Positions 8,233 through 18,077 of a stretch of 64,000 nucleotides of DNA are shown in pieces. The translations under genes were made by a program, and so were the position numbers. How positions within the stretch are numbered: the stretch's first letter is position 1; each line of letters opens with the position of its first letter. A model generated the notes under the pieces. It saw only the letters and a list, made by a program, of their open reading frames with translations, did no database searches and had not been told where the DNA came from. Source of the DNA: Candidatus Daviesbacteria bacterium (lineage in GTDB: Bacteria; Patescibacteriota; Microgenomatia; Daviesbacterales; UBA10151); contig JAQUSJ010000001.1 in assembly GCA_028715175.1 (NCBI GenBank), positions 610,386 through 674,385 of the forward strand. The letters are read 5' to 3'.

Positions 8233-8914
8233 TTTTTCCTCTTTGAGAAGTCGAAACAGCAGAAGAACTTGCAGTAAAACTGATCTTTGAGAGAGCAATC
8301 AGTAAATCTTCCTCTGTTTGGCTAAACGAAGGCAGAGGGGAATCTACTGCACCAAAAGTTTGGGGCATAGAAGAATACAAAGCTTCTATGACAACGCTTG
8401 TACTAATAGTTTCTGAGGCTTGATTGGATGAAATATCAATACTGCTTACTCTTATTATCCGGGGTAAGTTTTCCAAATTAGTTATGAAATTTTGAAATAG
8501 AGTCTTGGGCCCTTTAATCTCCAGCTTTATTTCGTAACTGTTCGCATTTCCGACTTTACCAGAGGTATTACTTAATGTAACGGAAGAAATTATGAATCCC
8601 GACTGCGCAGCCAATCCTTGCAGCAAACCTAAAACCTTACCATAATCTTTTTCCGTAGGAAAAACATTGAGGGTAATTCCTATTTTTTGAGCTAAATCTT
8701 CACCGTTTACGCTTTCCAGAGCAGCAACGTTTGTTGCTAAAAATTTAGATTTATTCATCAGATCTCCCGCAACTTTCTGATTTTCGATTAATTTAGCTGT
8801 TTGAGGATAAATTGCAAATATGATCAAAAAAAGGCTTGATAGCGCGACTACCGCAGGAAAAATATACAATTTGTAACGGGAATAAAACTGTAAAGCTATC
8901 TCTTTTTTCATCAT
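8216..8914 (-). CDS. pilO: Type IV pilus assembly protein PilO-like
   Basis: It has an N-terminal TM segment followed by a periplasmic domain, and sits last in the pilM-pilN-pilO series. The start is placed at the internal MMKKE ATG (8914), just downstream of the pilN stop; the longer ORF runs to 9007. Confidence 0.55.
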   Translation of the reverse strand: MMKKEIALQFYSRYKLYIFPAVVALSSLFLIIFAIYPQTAKLIENQKVAGDLMNKSKFLATNVAALESVNGEDLAQKIGITLNVFPTEKDYGKVLGLLQGLAAQSGFIISSVTLSNTSGKVGNANSYEIKLEIKGPKTLFQNFITNLENLPRIIRVSSIDISSNQASETISTSVVIEALYSSMPQTFGAVDSPLPSFSQTEEDLLIALSKISFTASSSAVSTSQRGKTNPFE

Positions 8915-8918
8915 GTTA

Positions 8919-9461
8919 TTATGGCTTAATTTTGAAACCAATTCTGTAAAAACCATCCCGACCCCGGTTGAGGGTTTCAACAGAAACTTGGCTAATTTTA
9001 CTTTCATTTGCTTCTTTGTTCGTCAAATTATTGACTAAGTTATCTAAACTTGCAGAATCGGGTACTGTTGCCAGAATTACCGCCCCGCCAGTCTTATCAA
9101 TGGTAATTGCGTTGATTAAGACGGAAACCGGAATTAATTTATCAATTAATTTATACATCGATGATTGCTGCGAAGATTTTCCAAAATATTGATTAATTCC
9201 ATTAAGCCGGTTTTTCAAAAGGAATAAAGATGCCTGAGTACCTTTCAGATCAGAAACTTTTTGTTCCTCCTGTGCCAACGTTGCTTGAATAACCGCAATA
9301 CTTTGACTCTGCAAAATCCGCAGAGCCAGCGTCAAAGAAGCCAGAAAAACCATTATCAGTACAATAATAATTCCGGCAAATTGAATCTTGTAAAATTTCG
9401 CTTTTTTTAACTCCTGCGCCATAATTTCGGGCGGGAGTAAATTGATTAAAATTCTAGCCAT
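8919..9461 (-). CDS. pilN: Type IV pilus assembly protein PilN-like
   Basis: It has the PilN/fimbrial-assembly N-terminus (LINLLP...) followed by a single TM segment and a periplasmic domain, and follows pilM. Confidence 0.6.
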   Translation of the reverse strand: MARILINLLPPEIMAQELKKAKFYKIQFAGIIIVLIMVFLASLTLALRILQSQSIAVIQATLAQEEQKVSDLKGTQASLFLLKNRLNGINQYFGKSSQQSSMYKLIDKLIPVSVLINAITIDKTGGAVILATVPDSASLDNLVNNLTNKEANESKISQVSVETLNRGRDGFYRIGFKIKP

Positions 9462-9483
9462 ATTTTTAACTAGCCGTCAGCCA

Positions 9484-10524
9484 TCAGTCTTCAGTTCTTA
9501 ATGCCAACCCGACTGCAGCCGAGTACGAAGAGTTGTCTTGTGACAGTTTCAAAACCACATCTTTTTCCTTCACAATTGAATACCATGGATCGGCTTCTTG
9601 TACTTCCAACCCAAAAACGTTCGCAAGGTAAATAACAAGCCCGGGCATTTTAGCACCGCCTCCTGAAACAATTACTCTTTTTATCGGGTTTGAGGGATAT
9701 TTTGTTTCAAAAGCTTGAATAACACGCCGTCCTTCTCCGGCTATAATATCTATTACCGGTTTCAGCGCTTCAAAGACCTTCCCCTCCAGTTGATCTTCCA
9801 TTATTCCATAGATTTTCTTATATTGCTCCGCTTGATTCATTTCAAAATTGAAATGCTGAACCAGCGACCTGGTCAATGCAATGCCTCCGGTTGAAATTGA
9901 ACGGGTAAGCCATATTAAACCCTTAGAAACAGCAGCAAAATCAGTAGTTGTCGCGCCAAGCTGCATAATCAAAGTACTGGGCGAAAAAGGATCATTCCCG
10001 ACCAGTGACCTGGTAACTGCTATTATCTCTGTCTCCAAAACTTTGGCGCGAAGCCCTGCTTTATCCAAAACTTTAATATATTTTAGTACTGCATTTTTAG
10101 GAGAGGCTATTACCAGCACTACCGTCTTAGCATTTCTCCCCTTTGCTTCGGAACGAACCAAAACCTGCCAATTTAAATTGACATCGGATAGAGGCATCGG
10201 AATAAATTCTTCGGCAGCATAATGTATGGCGCTGCTAAGCTCCGCATCTGTGAGATAAGGCAAATCATCGATAACTCTTGTAAAAACTTTTGATTCGGGT
10301 AGTGCCGCAATAACTTCTCTTTGATCAATATTTGCAGCTGTAAAAAGTTTTTTAATAGAATCTGCAAGAACCTCCAGGTCTTCATCAACATCAGAAATAA
10401 TACCGGGTTGGGGAGATGGGGTAGAACCCAAAGAAACAAGTTTGTACCGATCTTGATCTTTTGCCAGCGAAACTACTTTAATAGAAGAAAAGCCTATATC
10501 TAAACCAACATTAATTTTTGCCAT
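9484..10524 (-). CDS. pilM: Type IV pilus assembly ATPase-like protein PilM (actin/FtsA fold)
   Basis: The N-terminus (MAKINVGLDIGFSSIKVV) is a PilM/FtsA-like phosphate-1 motif. The size is 346 aa and it lies upstream of pilN/pilO. Confidence 0.75.
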   Translation of the reverse strand: MAKINVGLDIGFSSIKVVSLAKDQDRYKLVSLGSTPSPQPGIISDVDEDLEVLADSIKKLFTAANIDQREVIAALPESKVFTRVIDDLPYLTDAELSSAIHYAAEEFIPMPLSDVNLNWQVLVRSEAKGRNAKTVVLVIASPKNAVLKYIKVLDKAGLRAKVLETEIIAVTRSLVGNDPFSPSTLIMQLGATTTDFAAVSKGLIWLTRSISTGGIALTRSLVQHFNFEMNQAEQYKKIYGIMEDQLEGKVFEALKPVIDIIAGEGRRVIQAFETKYPSNPIKRVIVSGGGAKMPGLVIYLANVFGLEVQEADPWYSIVKEKDVVLKLSQDNSSYSAAVGLALRTED

Positions 10525-10527
10525 TGT

Positions 10528-10566
10528 TTTAATTGTAAATTGTAAATTGTAAATTGTAAATTGTCA
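10528..10566. repeat. Intergenic tandem heptamer repeat (ttgtaaa) x5
   Basis: The sequence reads aattgtaaattgtaaattgtaaattgtaaattgtca, between the pilM start and the stop of the upstream gene. Confidence 0.85.
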
Positions 10567-12495
10567 TTTTACCTGATACGTTCCTTTAACCAGGGAATAG
10601 GTGCCGGAAGGTCCTGATTGGAAAAGAGTACTGGATAAACCTGTCTCATAATTAAGGATACCATTATTTATAAGTTTTATTCCCCAGGCAGTTAATTCTT
10701 TAAAAGTATTTCTATTCCCCGGTTCAATGATACCTTTTGAGGCGTAGAAAACTCCTGAGTTGCCGGTATTGTTAATAACAATGGCAGACACCCCGTCCGA
10801 TCTGGAATCATAGTTAGATAAAATCATTAGCAAGCTACTACCGATCCCGGTTCCCCGTAACTGGTTATTACTACCCAAATTGACAATACCGCCACTAACC
10901 CCGTCTCCCACTACTATCACTCCGGATGTCAAACCATATTCCGAAGATAAGGTAAGAGTATTGTTGGTATTGAAAGTTAAGTTTCCGGTAATCCAGATGG
11001 GTGATTTTATGGTTACGGCGCAGTGACTGTCGAAAGTAACATTACCAACAATTTTACCGGGCCCTAAGACATTGACACAAGTTGTGATATCGCCTGTAGT
11101 TACACCGGCATCCCGTGCCTGACTTTCCCAATCTAAAACATTGGCATCAGAAATGGGGAAAACTTTAGGCGGGGAATCAGGGGAATTTGGGTGTAAGCTT
11201 GCAGCTGTAGAATTTTCAATAGTCTGATAATAAGCGTCTCCTTGCATATCAACATTTTTAATAGTATTGGCATGGACACTTCCTCCATTGCCTTGAGCGT
11301 CTTTTTTAACTAAAATACCTTTACCTACTCCGCCATCTACAATAGTTGGAGCACCTCCCATAAAGGTTTTAAAAGAAAGATCGTCGCCAGGACTGACGGC
11401 TGCCCAGCTGGGGTTGCCTGAAGACCAATCAGATGACCACATTCCAAAACAGAGATCCGGATTACCACAGGTATAGCTCTTGGCAAGATCGTTTTGCCAA
11501 GCCCAATAATTTGAAGAATTTGATGATGTATCAATCATGATCCAATAGGTAACACCGGTTGTCAAATTAGACAAAGTGTCGAAGGTAACATCTATCCAGT
11601 TATCAATTGGATAATTGGTGCTGACCAGATTGCTATATAATGTGCCGGTTGCTAAAATATGATTCTTATCAGGCTGACCAGATTTGTCTGCCATGATACG
11701 TACAGTCACATCCGAAGGATTACCGATTTTTTTCACTTTTAAAGACACTTTATTCAAAACATTTGATACTGACGGCTGAAAGCTTTGAGCCACATCCAGA
11801 CGGCTTGAACCCGAAACAGAAGTACCGAATATAAAATCTGTACAATTGGTGCCGGTACAATCAGTCTGCCGATCAGCTATTGCTTGTGGTCCTCCCGCCA
11901 CCCAAACATCTCCTGTAATTTCATTTCCGTTTCCACCCCCAACCGTACTTACCGAACCATTTGAATAAATTGTCCCGGTAATAATATTGCTATTGCCCAG
12001 CGTCAAACCTCCTTCTCCCACTTGTACCCCATAAACAAAAGCTGTACCCACGCCTCTTGATGCAGTTATTTTAATGCTTCTTTTCACTTTTGCCTTGGAT
12101 TTATCCGGTATATAACCTGTTGACTGAATAATTTTGGTGGTAGCGTCTTTGGAAGTTATTGTAACGGAATAGGATCCATCACCTAGAGCAGTTTCCGCTT
12201 CTCCCAAATAACTACCTCCTGTTTTATTTAAAGAAGTAATAGCTTTATCAACTCCTGCTTCGGCTATTACTGTTGCTTTCTCAACATCCAAAGAATAAGA
12301 TGAATTCTGATAATAAAGTTGAGCTCCCGCAATAATAGACAAAACCGTAAAAAGAACCACACCTAAAGCCACAAGGACTAAAAGGAAAATTTGTCCTGAT
12401 TGATTCAATGATGCTTTCCGACTTTCGACTTCCGACTTCCGCAATCGCGGTAGACGGTAGACGGTAGACGGTAGACATTTTTGCAACTTAATCAT
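10564..12495 (-). CDS. Large pilus-operon protein of unknown function (N-terminal TM anchor, Gly/Thr/Ser-rich extracellular region). Possibly a pilus-associated adhesin or PilY1-like component.
   Basis: It is 643 aa, with a TM helix (IFLLVLVALGVVLFTVLSIIA) after a short N-terminus. It lies between the minor pilins and pilM. Its ATG overlaps the upstream stop (ATGA). The first 25 codons consist of 7-nt tandem repeats. Confidence 0.5.
   Translation of the reverse strand: MIKLQKCLPSTVYRLPRLRKSEVESRKASLNQSGQIFLLVLVALGVVLFTVLSIIAGAQLYYQNSSYSLDVEKATVIAEAGVDKAITSLNKTGGSYLGEAETALGDGSYSVTITSKDATTKIIQSTGYIPDKSKAKVKRSIKITASRGVGTAFVYGVQVGEGGLTLGNSNIITGTIYSNGSVSTVGGGNGNEITGDVWVAGGPQAIADRQTDCTGTNCTDFIFGTSVSGSSRLDVAQSFQPSVSNVLNKVSLKVKKIGNPSDVTVRIMADKSGQPDKNHILATGTLYSNLVSTNYPIDNWIDVTFDTLSNLTTGVTYWIMIDTSSNSSNYWAWQNDLAKSYTCGNPDLCFGMWSSDWSSGNPSWAAVSPGDDLSFKTFMGGAPTIVDGGVGKGILVKKDAQGNGGSVHANTIKNVDMQGDAYYQTIENSTAASLHPNSPDSPPKVFPISDANVLDWESQARDAGVTTGDITTCVNVLGPGKIVGNVTFDSHCAVTIKSPIWITGNLTFNTNNTLTLSSEYGLTSGVIVVGDGVSGGIVNLGSNNQLRGTGIGSSLLMILSNYDSRSDGVSAIVINNTGNSGVFYASKGIIEPGNRNTFKELTAWGIKLINNGILNYETGLSSTLFQSGPSGTYSLVKGTYQVK
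12425..12478. repeat. Tandem heptamer repeats (ctaccgt x4, then gaagtcg-like x3 on the coding strand) inside the 5' coding region of the 643-aa gene
   Basis: The sequence is gactttcgacttccgacttccgcaatcgcggtagacggtagacggtagacggtagac. An alternative-frame ORF at 12281..12478 overlaps it. Confidence 0.85.
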
Positions 12496-13060
12496 TTCTC
12501 AAATTTGCTTCCGTTGTAGCCGTACTTGTTGTAAAGCCGGTACCAATTTTTGTGTTTAAGGTCAAAGTGACGCGAACCTTGGCAGCGCTTGCAGAAATTA
12601 CTTCAACCGGAGGATTTGCAGAATCCAAATATTGAAATTTTAAGTTATCAACATTTGTCGCAAAGACACGATCTAGCGCTTTTCTGGAACTTACAGCATC
12701 CGGAAAAATTTTAAGATGAACAGCCTTCTGATCCAAATACAAAATAAAATAGTCAAAAATATTATCGATAATATTGCCGGCATCATCAATAGAAGATACT
12801 TTCAAGACAAGCTGACTGGCATTTGACGAGTATGTAGTTAAACCGTCCGTATAAGACGGCGCCACTGCGCTCGCTTGCTTTATATCTCTCCGCAGAGCAG
12901 AAAGAGTATCATTGCTATTTAAACCCTCCTGAACCTTTGAAGATTGCTCTGTAAACAGTCCGGCGCTATTTACAATAATAACCAGGAGCAACGCTCCCGC
13001 TGTGGCAGCAATCCCCATAGCCACTAAAACCTCAATTAAAGTTAGTCCTTTTTCTTTCAT
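12488..13060 (-). CDS. Type IV minor pilin / pseudopilin (prepilin-type N-terminal cleavage/methylation domain)
   Basis: MKEKG|LTLIEVLVAMGIAATAGALLL is a class III signal with an invariant Glu at +5. Confidence 0.6.
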   Translation of the reverse strand: MKEKGLTLIEVLVAMGIAATAGALLLVIIVNSAGLFTEQSSKVQEGLNSNDTLSALRRDIKQASAVAPSYTDGLTTYSSNASQLVLKVSSIDDAGNIIDNIFDYFILYLDQKAVHLKIFPDAVSSRKALDRVFATNVDNLKFQYLDSANPPVEVISASAAKVRVTLTLNTKIGTGFTTSTATTEANLRND

Positions 13061-13518
13061 TGGTTAATTCCTCCTTCTCCAATCATTGCTTTGAGTGTTA
13101 GAGTTTGTGTCTTGTTATTATCCAGCCAATTCAGCGAAACTGTGATCTCTTTAATCTGTTCTCCGTTTGTGCAAATAGTCGGATCACAATCTCCGACAGT
13201 AACTGTCCCACTGCCTTGAGGCAATGCAGCCAAGCGCGAATCGCTAATCGGGGAATTATCCGTAACTAAATTCGCATAGTTTATTGTCCTTTTATCTTCA
13301 ATCTGCTTAACAGCTATTTCCCGGGCCAAGCTTACGTGCTTGCTCTTAGTAATAAGTATTAAGGAGTTCGGGATACTTGCAAGCAAAAATACCAGCAATC
13401 CAACCACCACCACAACCAACAGGGATTCAATAAGAGAAAAACCGCTTTCACTTTTCATTTTCGTAAGAAAATAGTCCACATCTCTAATCTGATTAGGATT
13501 ATAGTCCATGTCTATCAC
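13057..13518 (-). CDS. Type IV minor pilin (prepilin-type N-terminus)
   Basis: The motif is ...MKSESG|FSLIESLLVVVVVGLLV. The real start may be the internal ATG at about 13458, which gives a 6-aa leader. The 13518 ATG overlaps the upstream stop. Confidence 0.55.
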   Translation of the reverse strand: MIDMDYNPNQIRDVDYFLTKMKSESGFSLIESLLVVVVVGLLVFLLASIPNSLILITKSKHVSLAREIAVKQIEDKRTINYANLVTDNSPISDSRLAALPQGSGTVTVGDCDPTICTNGEQIKEITVSLNWLDNNKTQTLTLKAMIGEGGINQ

Positions 13519-14402
13519 TTATTTATTGCGCCTGTAGAGAAGATGGCGTAATCGAGATATGACGGGACCACCTTATTTATTTGGAACAATTTAACTTTTC
13601 TCTGTGTTGTACCAGCCGTACCGGTAGAAATTATACTTCTCGCTTGCGGAGGAAGGGAACAATTTGCACCACAAGTGCCGACTGCCTGTACTGCAAAGGG
13701 CTGAGAGGCGGTATTATATAAAAGTCTCGCACGAAGCAACATTAAACCCGAGGGTAACGGACCATTATTTATTCCGCTGCTATTACCCAGCTGTTTATAG
13801 CATTGATAATTATTTGAGCCTAGTTGAGACCCGTTGCAATTTGCGCTTTTGTCAAAGTTATTCGCCGGATCCCTTGTGACCGAAGAATTATCAAGATACC
13901 ATTTCCGGCTGGTGTATTTGCTGCCATCATAATAAATGAGTGTCAATTCCAAAGCAGCCTTATCTGTAGATGAATTACCCCAATAAACATCCAACGAGGA
14001 CTGAGTATAGGCTGCTGCAGGAGGGTTTGAGCTCGAGGTATAATCCGCCAGCCAAATCTGGGCAACTTCTTCTTTGGCTAAAGGCGGGTATTCCAGAGGA
14101 CCCTGACGGGTACCTGCAACAGGAACTACCGGCGTCAAATCACCGCCTGAAACCTGGGCTGTTGCACTATTTTCTGCAAAATTCACACTGCCCGAGCCTC
14201 CAATTAGTTTATTTTCTATCCCGGCTTCTGCTGCGGAAAATGCCCTTGAGGATTGTTCTACTTTGGAAGCAGTTGAAATATCCAATATCGACCGCTGAAT
14301 TACGGAAATTCCAATAGCTAAGGCAACAGTCATCACTAAAATCAGCACCAAAATTACTTGTCCTGTTTCGTTTCTCATTAACCAATTCCTTTTATTACTC
14401 AT
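13515..14402 (-). CDS. PilX-like minor pilin (PilX N-terminal domain)
   Basis: RNETGQVILVLILVMTVALAIGISVIQRS...RAFSAAEAGIE matches the PilX_N pattern. Confidence 0.55.
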   Translation of the reverse strand: MSNKRNWLMRNETGQVILVLILVMTVALAIGISVIQRSILDISTASKVEQSSRAFSAAEAGIENKLIGGSGSVNFAENSATAQVSGGDLTPVVPVAGTRQGPLEYPPLAKEEVAQIWLADYTSSSNPPAAAYTQSSLDVYWGNSSTDKAALELTLIYYDGSKYTSRKWYLDNSSVTRDPANNFDKSANCNGSQLGSNNYQCYKQLGNSSGINNGPLPSGLMLLRARLLYNTASQPFAVQAVGTCGANCSLPPQARSIISTGTAGTTQRKVKLFQINKVVPSYLDYAIFSTGAINK

Positions 14403-14434
14403 TGTCAGTTTTTTCTCCTAAATTGTCAATCAAC

Positions 14435-15058
14435 TTACCGCAACTCAATAGTCGTCCGATTGATTACAGAACCTATCTGGTTTCTAACTATTTGAGGCAC
14501 GTCAACTCCGGGCCCCAGGGTAAAGTTCACCGTAACAACAGCTTTGAAACCGGACGGTTTGCTTACAGTAAATAATCCGCTGTCAATTGAAACTCCGGTC
14601 AAAGAATTAGTATCAGTCAGAATCTGTGCCGAAGACATTGGATCGATCGAACCGCATATCCTATTGAAGAATAATTGAGGGGTGATTTCCGATGGCGAGG
14701 GCGTAGGGTTATCCAGAATAATACAACCATTTTTCCCTGTGCCAATACAAACAGCAGGGGCTGAACCAGGAGTACTGTTTGCAGAAACAACCCTATACCT
14801 GCTATATGTACCATTTTTTACAATCACAATAGTATCGCTGGATCCTGAAACAGGACAGGCTACACCATCCGAGTTCCTAATAACTCTATCTATGCTATCC
14901 AGCACTGCTTGACCATTTTGCTTCATAATCGAAAGAATCTGGGATTTATTACTGCCTCGCAAAGTATTTGTAAAAATCACCACCATTATCAGTCCGACAA
15001 TTGCTACAATTGCCATAACCACCAGAATCTCAGCTAAGGTGAAACCCTTGTTTGTCAT
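14435..15058 (-). CDS. Type IV minor pilin
   Basis: MTNKG|FTLAEILVVMAIVAIVGLIMVVI is a prepilin signal. Confidence 0.6.
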   Translation of the reverse strand: MTNKGFTLAEILVVMAIVAIVGLIMVVIFTNTLRGSNKSQILSIMKQNGQAVLDSIDRVIRNSDGVACPVSGSSDTIVIVKNGTYSRYRVVSANSTPGSAPAVCIGTGKNGCIILDNPTPSPSEITPQLFFNRICGSIDPMSSAQILTDTNSLTGVSIDSGLFTVSKPSGFKAVVTVNFTLGPGVDVPQIVRNQIGSVINRTTIELR

Positions 15059-15567
15059 AGTTTCCCTAATATCGTAGTTAATTTTGAGTCATGAGAGCCT
15101 GTGGAGTCATTCCATTGGACAATAACTGTGGCTGTTTTTTGAATAGTGTAGCTTGTAGCATCATCAGATAAAATAACTACCCGTTTAAATTGATCTATTG
15201 TCTCCGCTGCTGAAGGAATAGAGGAAGCTCCGATAAGATATTGCAGCTCTCCAGAAGAATTTATATTAAAATAACAATTAGGAGTACAGTTTGGGCTGAT
15301 TTGATTTGACCAAAGATCAGGATCCCACGAAGTGATATTAAAACCATTGATTTGAAAATTGCCGGCTATCGGCACATTTCTATCTCTACCTGTTCTCACA
15401 CTCTCAATCCCTTCCTGAGCCAGCTTTGTGGCTTGGGCAGAATTTTTGGCAAAATTGGCATTCCTAAGAGAAAAAATGGTGGCAAATGTCAAGGCAGAAA
15501 CTACTAAAATTCCGACAGTTGCAGCCACTATTACTTCTATCAAACTTTGACCTTTTTCACTGCCCAT
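15055..15567 (-). CDS. Type IV minor pilin
   Basis: MGSEKGQ|SLIEVIVAATVGILVV is a prepilin-like signal. The start is placed at the internal ATG (15567); the longer ORF extends to 15690 and overlaps the upstream gene. Confidence 0.5.
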   Translation of the reverse strand: MGSEKGQSLIEVIVAATVGILVVSALTFATIFSLRNANFAKNSAQATKLAQEGIESVRTGRDRNVPIAGNFQINGFNITSWDPDLWSNQISPNCTPNCYFNINSSGELQYLIGASSIPSAAETIDQFKRVVILSDDATSYTIQKTATVIVQWNDSTGSHDSKLTTILGKL

Positions 15568-16075
15568 AAATCCTGCCTCCTTGTTCAGTAGTAAAAGATT
15601 TTGTGCTTCCGGTTTTATTGTTTTGCAGAGTAATTGTAAGTGACGTACATCTTGAATCTCCAAAACCAACCTTGCCTGTAAGTGGATCAAAATTTATTGT
15701 AAACGGAGGTAGCGTTGGACAATTAAACCCTGTTCCGGTTATTGGTGGTTTTAGTGTATTATTTGCGTCCAGTTGCAATGTCTTTTTAAGAACCGAAGAA
15801 GATACAGGCTCCATACACTTTAGATTAATAGTTACTAAATTAGCAAATTCAACTTGCCATATGGCACCATACCCGATATTGCATTTTGCATTAGCAGTGG
15901 CGTTTGTTTGCGCCTGCCGAAGCAGGCTTTGAATATCTAAACTTGCATTTTTAAGATTCTGGTCTTCTCCAAAAGATCTGGAATTTATAAGTGTATAAAT
16001 TCCTATTACTGCTGTAATTGCAATAACAACCAAAAGCTCAATTAGAGTAAAGGCATTTGGGACAGTCCTGGGCAT
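15557..16075 (-). CDS. Type IV pilin-like protein
   Basis: MPRTVPNA|FTLIELLVVIAITAVIGI is a prepilin N-terminus. Confidence 0.6.
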   Translation of the reverse strand: MPRTVPNAFTLIELLVVIAITAVIGIYTLINSRSFGEDQNLKNASLDIQSLLRQAQTNATANAKCNIGYGAIWQVEFANLVTINLKCMEPVSSSVLKKTLQLDANNTLKPPITGTGFNCPTLPPFTINFDPLTGKVGFGDSRCTSLTITLQNNKTGSTKSFTTEQGGRIYGQ

Positions 16076-16165
16076 GTTTTAATTGTACCACAGCTAAAAC
16101 ACCTCCGAGGTGGGCTTTGTTCCATCGGACGTCTTCTCCTCGGAGGTGAAGTAATTACATTCCTT

Positions 16166-16654
16166 TTACGGAGGAGAGACAAAGAAATTGTAACCGCTAG
16201 AATACGAACAACCCGTAGGTAAAGATGGAACGGGGGAAAGAGGAATGTCTAATTTAGAAGTAAGACAATAACTATTACATTGAGTCGCAGTAGTAACATT
16301 TGTACAACCGATACTTCCATTCCTTATAGCTTCATACCTATACGGAGTACTCACATTTGAATCGTTCGGGACATTATTTATATATGTTTTGGTGCTTGAA
16401 CAAGGCGAAGTTGGATTCCCTGTACAATTATTAAGAGAGCTCCCGAAAGGTAAATTACCGGCTGGATAAAAACCCTGGTCGCTATAATACTGCTCCAGAG
16501 CCGATTGGATTGATCGCAAATCCGACTGTCTTTTTGAATCCTGACCTTGTTTTATGACATTTGAATAAACAACCAAGCCAATTGCAGAAAGTATGGCAAT
16601 AATACTAACTGTTACAAGAAGTTCGATTAAAGTGAAACCGCGACCTTTAAACAT
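16166..16654 (-). CDS. Type IV pilin (PilA-like)
   Basis: MFKGRG|FTLIELLVTVSIIAILSAIGLVVY is a prepilin N-terminus. The C-terminus is Cys-containing. Confidence 0.7.
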   Translation of the reverse strand: MFKGRGFTLIELLVTVSIIAILSAIGLVVYSNVIKQGQDSKRQSDLRSIQSALEQYYSDQGFYPAGNLPFGSSLNNCTGNPTSPCSSTKTYINNVPNDSNVSTPYRYEAIRNGSIGCTNVTTATQCNSYCLTSKLDIPLSPVPSLPTGCSYSSGYNFFVSPP

Positions 16655-16659
16655 TAAGG

Positions 16660-17073
16660 TTATTGCTGGTTAGACTGGCAGTAACATGTGGCGCCAGTAG
16701 CAGAACACGTCCCTGCAGCATCTCCTAATGTTGCGCAAACTTTGTATGTATCAGCCCCGGCTGATTCATTTGCTCCTGAAGCATAATTATAACTACTGCC
16801 AGTACTGGGATCCTTCGGTATATTGCCGCTTGCAAACCATGTTCCTTGCAGGAGCGGATAATAAGGCGAAGTTTTAGAAATATTAGCTTCCCAGGCTTTA
16901 CTGATACTATCTATATCCGCTTTTCTTCTTGCATCTCTCGCATTCTTTTGCACACCTGAAAATATAGTAATTCCAATAATGGATAAAACGGCAATAATAG
17001 ATACAACAACAAGCAGTTCAACCAAGGTAAAACCAGAAGGATTGTTGGTAAACTTGGGCAGAAATTTCTTCAT
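16660..17073 (-). CDS. Type IV pilin (PilA-like)
   Basis: MKKFLPKFTNNPSG|FTLVELLVVVSIIAVLSIIG is a prepilin N-terminus. C-terminal Cys residues are present. Confidence 0.7.
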   Translation of the reverse strand: MKKFLPKFTNNPSGFTLVELLVVVSIIAVLSIIGITIFSGVQKNARDARRKADIDSISKAWEANISKTSPYYPLLQGTWFASGNIPKDPSTGSSYNYASGANESAGADTYKVCATLGDAAGTCSATGATCYCQSNQQ

Positions 17074-17152
17074 AAAGAATAATTATTTCGTTAATTTATT
17101 ATTCATACAAACTAAACTGTTTGTCAAGACACAACTATGTAAACTAGTTTTA

Positions 17153-18073
17153 TCAAGGGATAAATGTACCTAATTTTAAATACCAATCGATAATCTGATT
17201 TCCCCAAAAAAGAGTTATCAAGCTTCCCAAAACCAAAAATGGGCCAAAGGGAATTGTTTGACCAAAATGTTTTTTACCGGCAATAATAAGCGCTACTCCG
17301 AATATCGCGCCTGTAAAAAATGCCAAAACCAAAGCTATTAGCGCTTGCGGAAACCCCAGCATTATTCCGATAAATGCTCCTAATTTTACATCCCCTCCGC
17401 CCATTCCTTTCCCGCGGGTAATAATTATTAACCCCCAGAAAAATCCGCCAATCAAGAGTCCCATCAATAATGATAAGAGAAACGGCTGGACTACCATTAA
17501 CGCATGTCTTTGGAAGTATCCACTACTCGGAGGAAGAAGTTGTCTACCGATCGGCGTTTGAGCTAAGTAGTAGTACAAGTATCCTACCTTATATGCGGTA
17601 ATAACCAGCAGGGAAATTGTCCCGATCAGAATAGCCGGTTTAATAATTCTATCCGGAATCAGCATTCTTTTAATATCCGTAATAAAAAGAATTGCCAGAA
17701 TTACAATAAAAAAAGTCTTAAAAAGTAAATCAAAAATAAAAATTAAAAATTTGAAATTTGAAATTAGCTGAAGACTGAAGACTGAAGACTGAAGACTACT
17801 GAACTCTTGCCAAAACAAAAACCCAATCAAAACTCCCACAACAGCCTCAACAATCAAATATTCTATACTGATCCGATTCTTACAATATCTGCATTTTCCT
17901 CTAAGCAAAACGTAGGAAAGAATAGGAAAAAGGTCGTACACAGCCAGCGTATGCCGACACCTCAAGCAGTACGACCTTCCCCAAAAAGATTTATTGCTTA
18001 AACTACGATCAGCCAATGCTTTTACCAAGCTTCCCAAGACTATACCAATCAAAAATCCGGCTGATCCCCACAT
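17153..18073 (-). CDS. pilD: Prepilin peptidase (A24 family) PilD
   Basis: It has an N-terminal CxxC...CxxC zinc-binding domain (CLRCRHTL...CRYCKNRIS), a multi-TM body, and GGGDVKLGAFIG (the catalytic Asp region). It contains an in-frame (tcttcag)x4 repeat at 17766-17800. Confidence 0.8.
   Translation of the reverse strand: MWGSAGFLIGIVLGSLVKALADRSLSNKSFWGRSYCLRCRHTLAVYDLFPILSYVLLRGKCRYCKNRISIEYLIVEAVVGVLIGFLFWQEFSSLQSSVFSLQLISNFKFLIFIFDLLFKTFFIVILAILFITDIKRMLIPDRIIKPAILIGTISLLVITAYKVGYLYYYLAQTPIGRQLLPPSSGYFQRHALMVVQPFLLSLLMGLLIGGFFWGLIIITRGKGMGGGDVKLGAFIGIMLGFPQALIALVLAFFTGAIFGVALIIAGKKHFGQTIPFGPFLVLGSLITLFWGNQIIDWYLKLGTFIP
17766..17800. repeat. Tandem heptamer repeat (ctgaaga x4, + strand) in frame within pilD
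   Basis: gctgaagactgaagactgaagactgaagactactga encodes SSLQSSVFSLQL in PilD. Confidence 0.85.
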
Positions 18074-18077
18074 AGCG

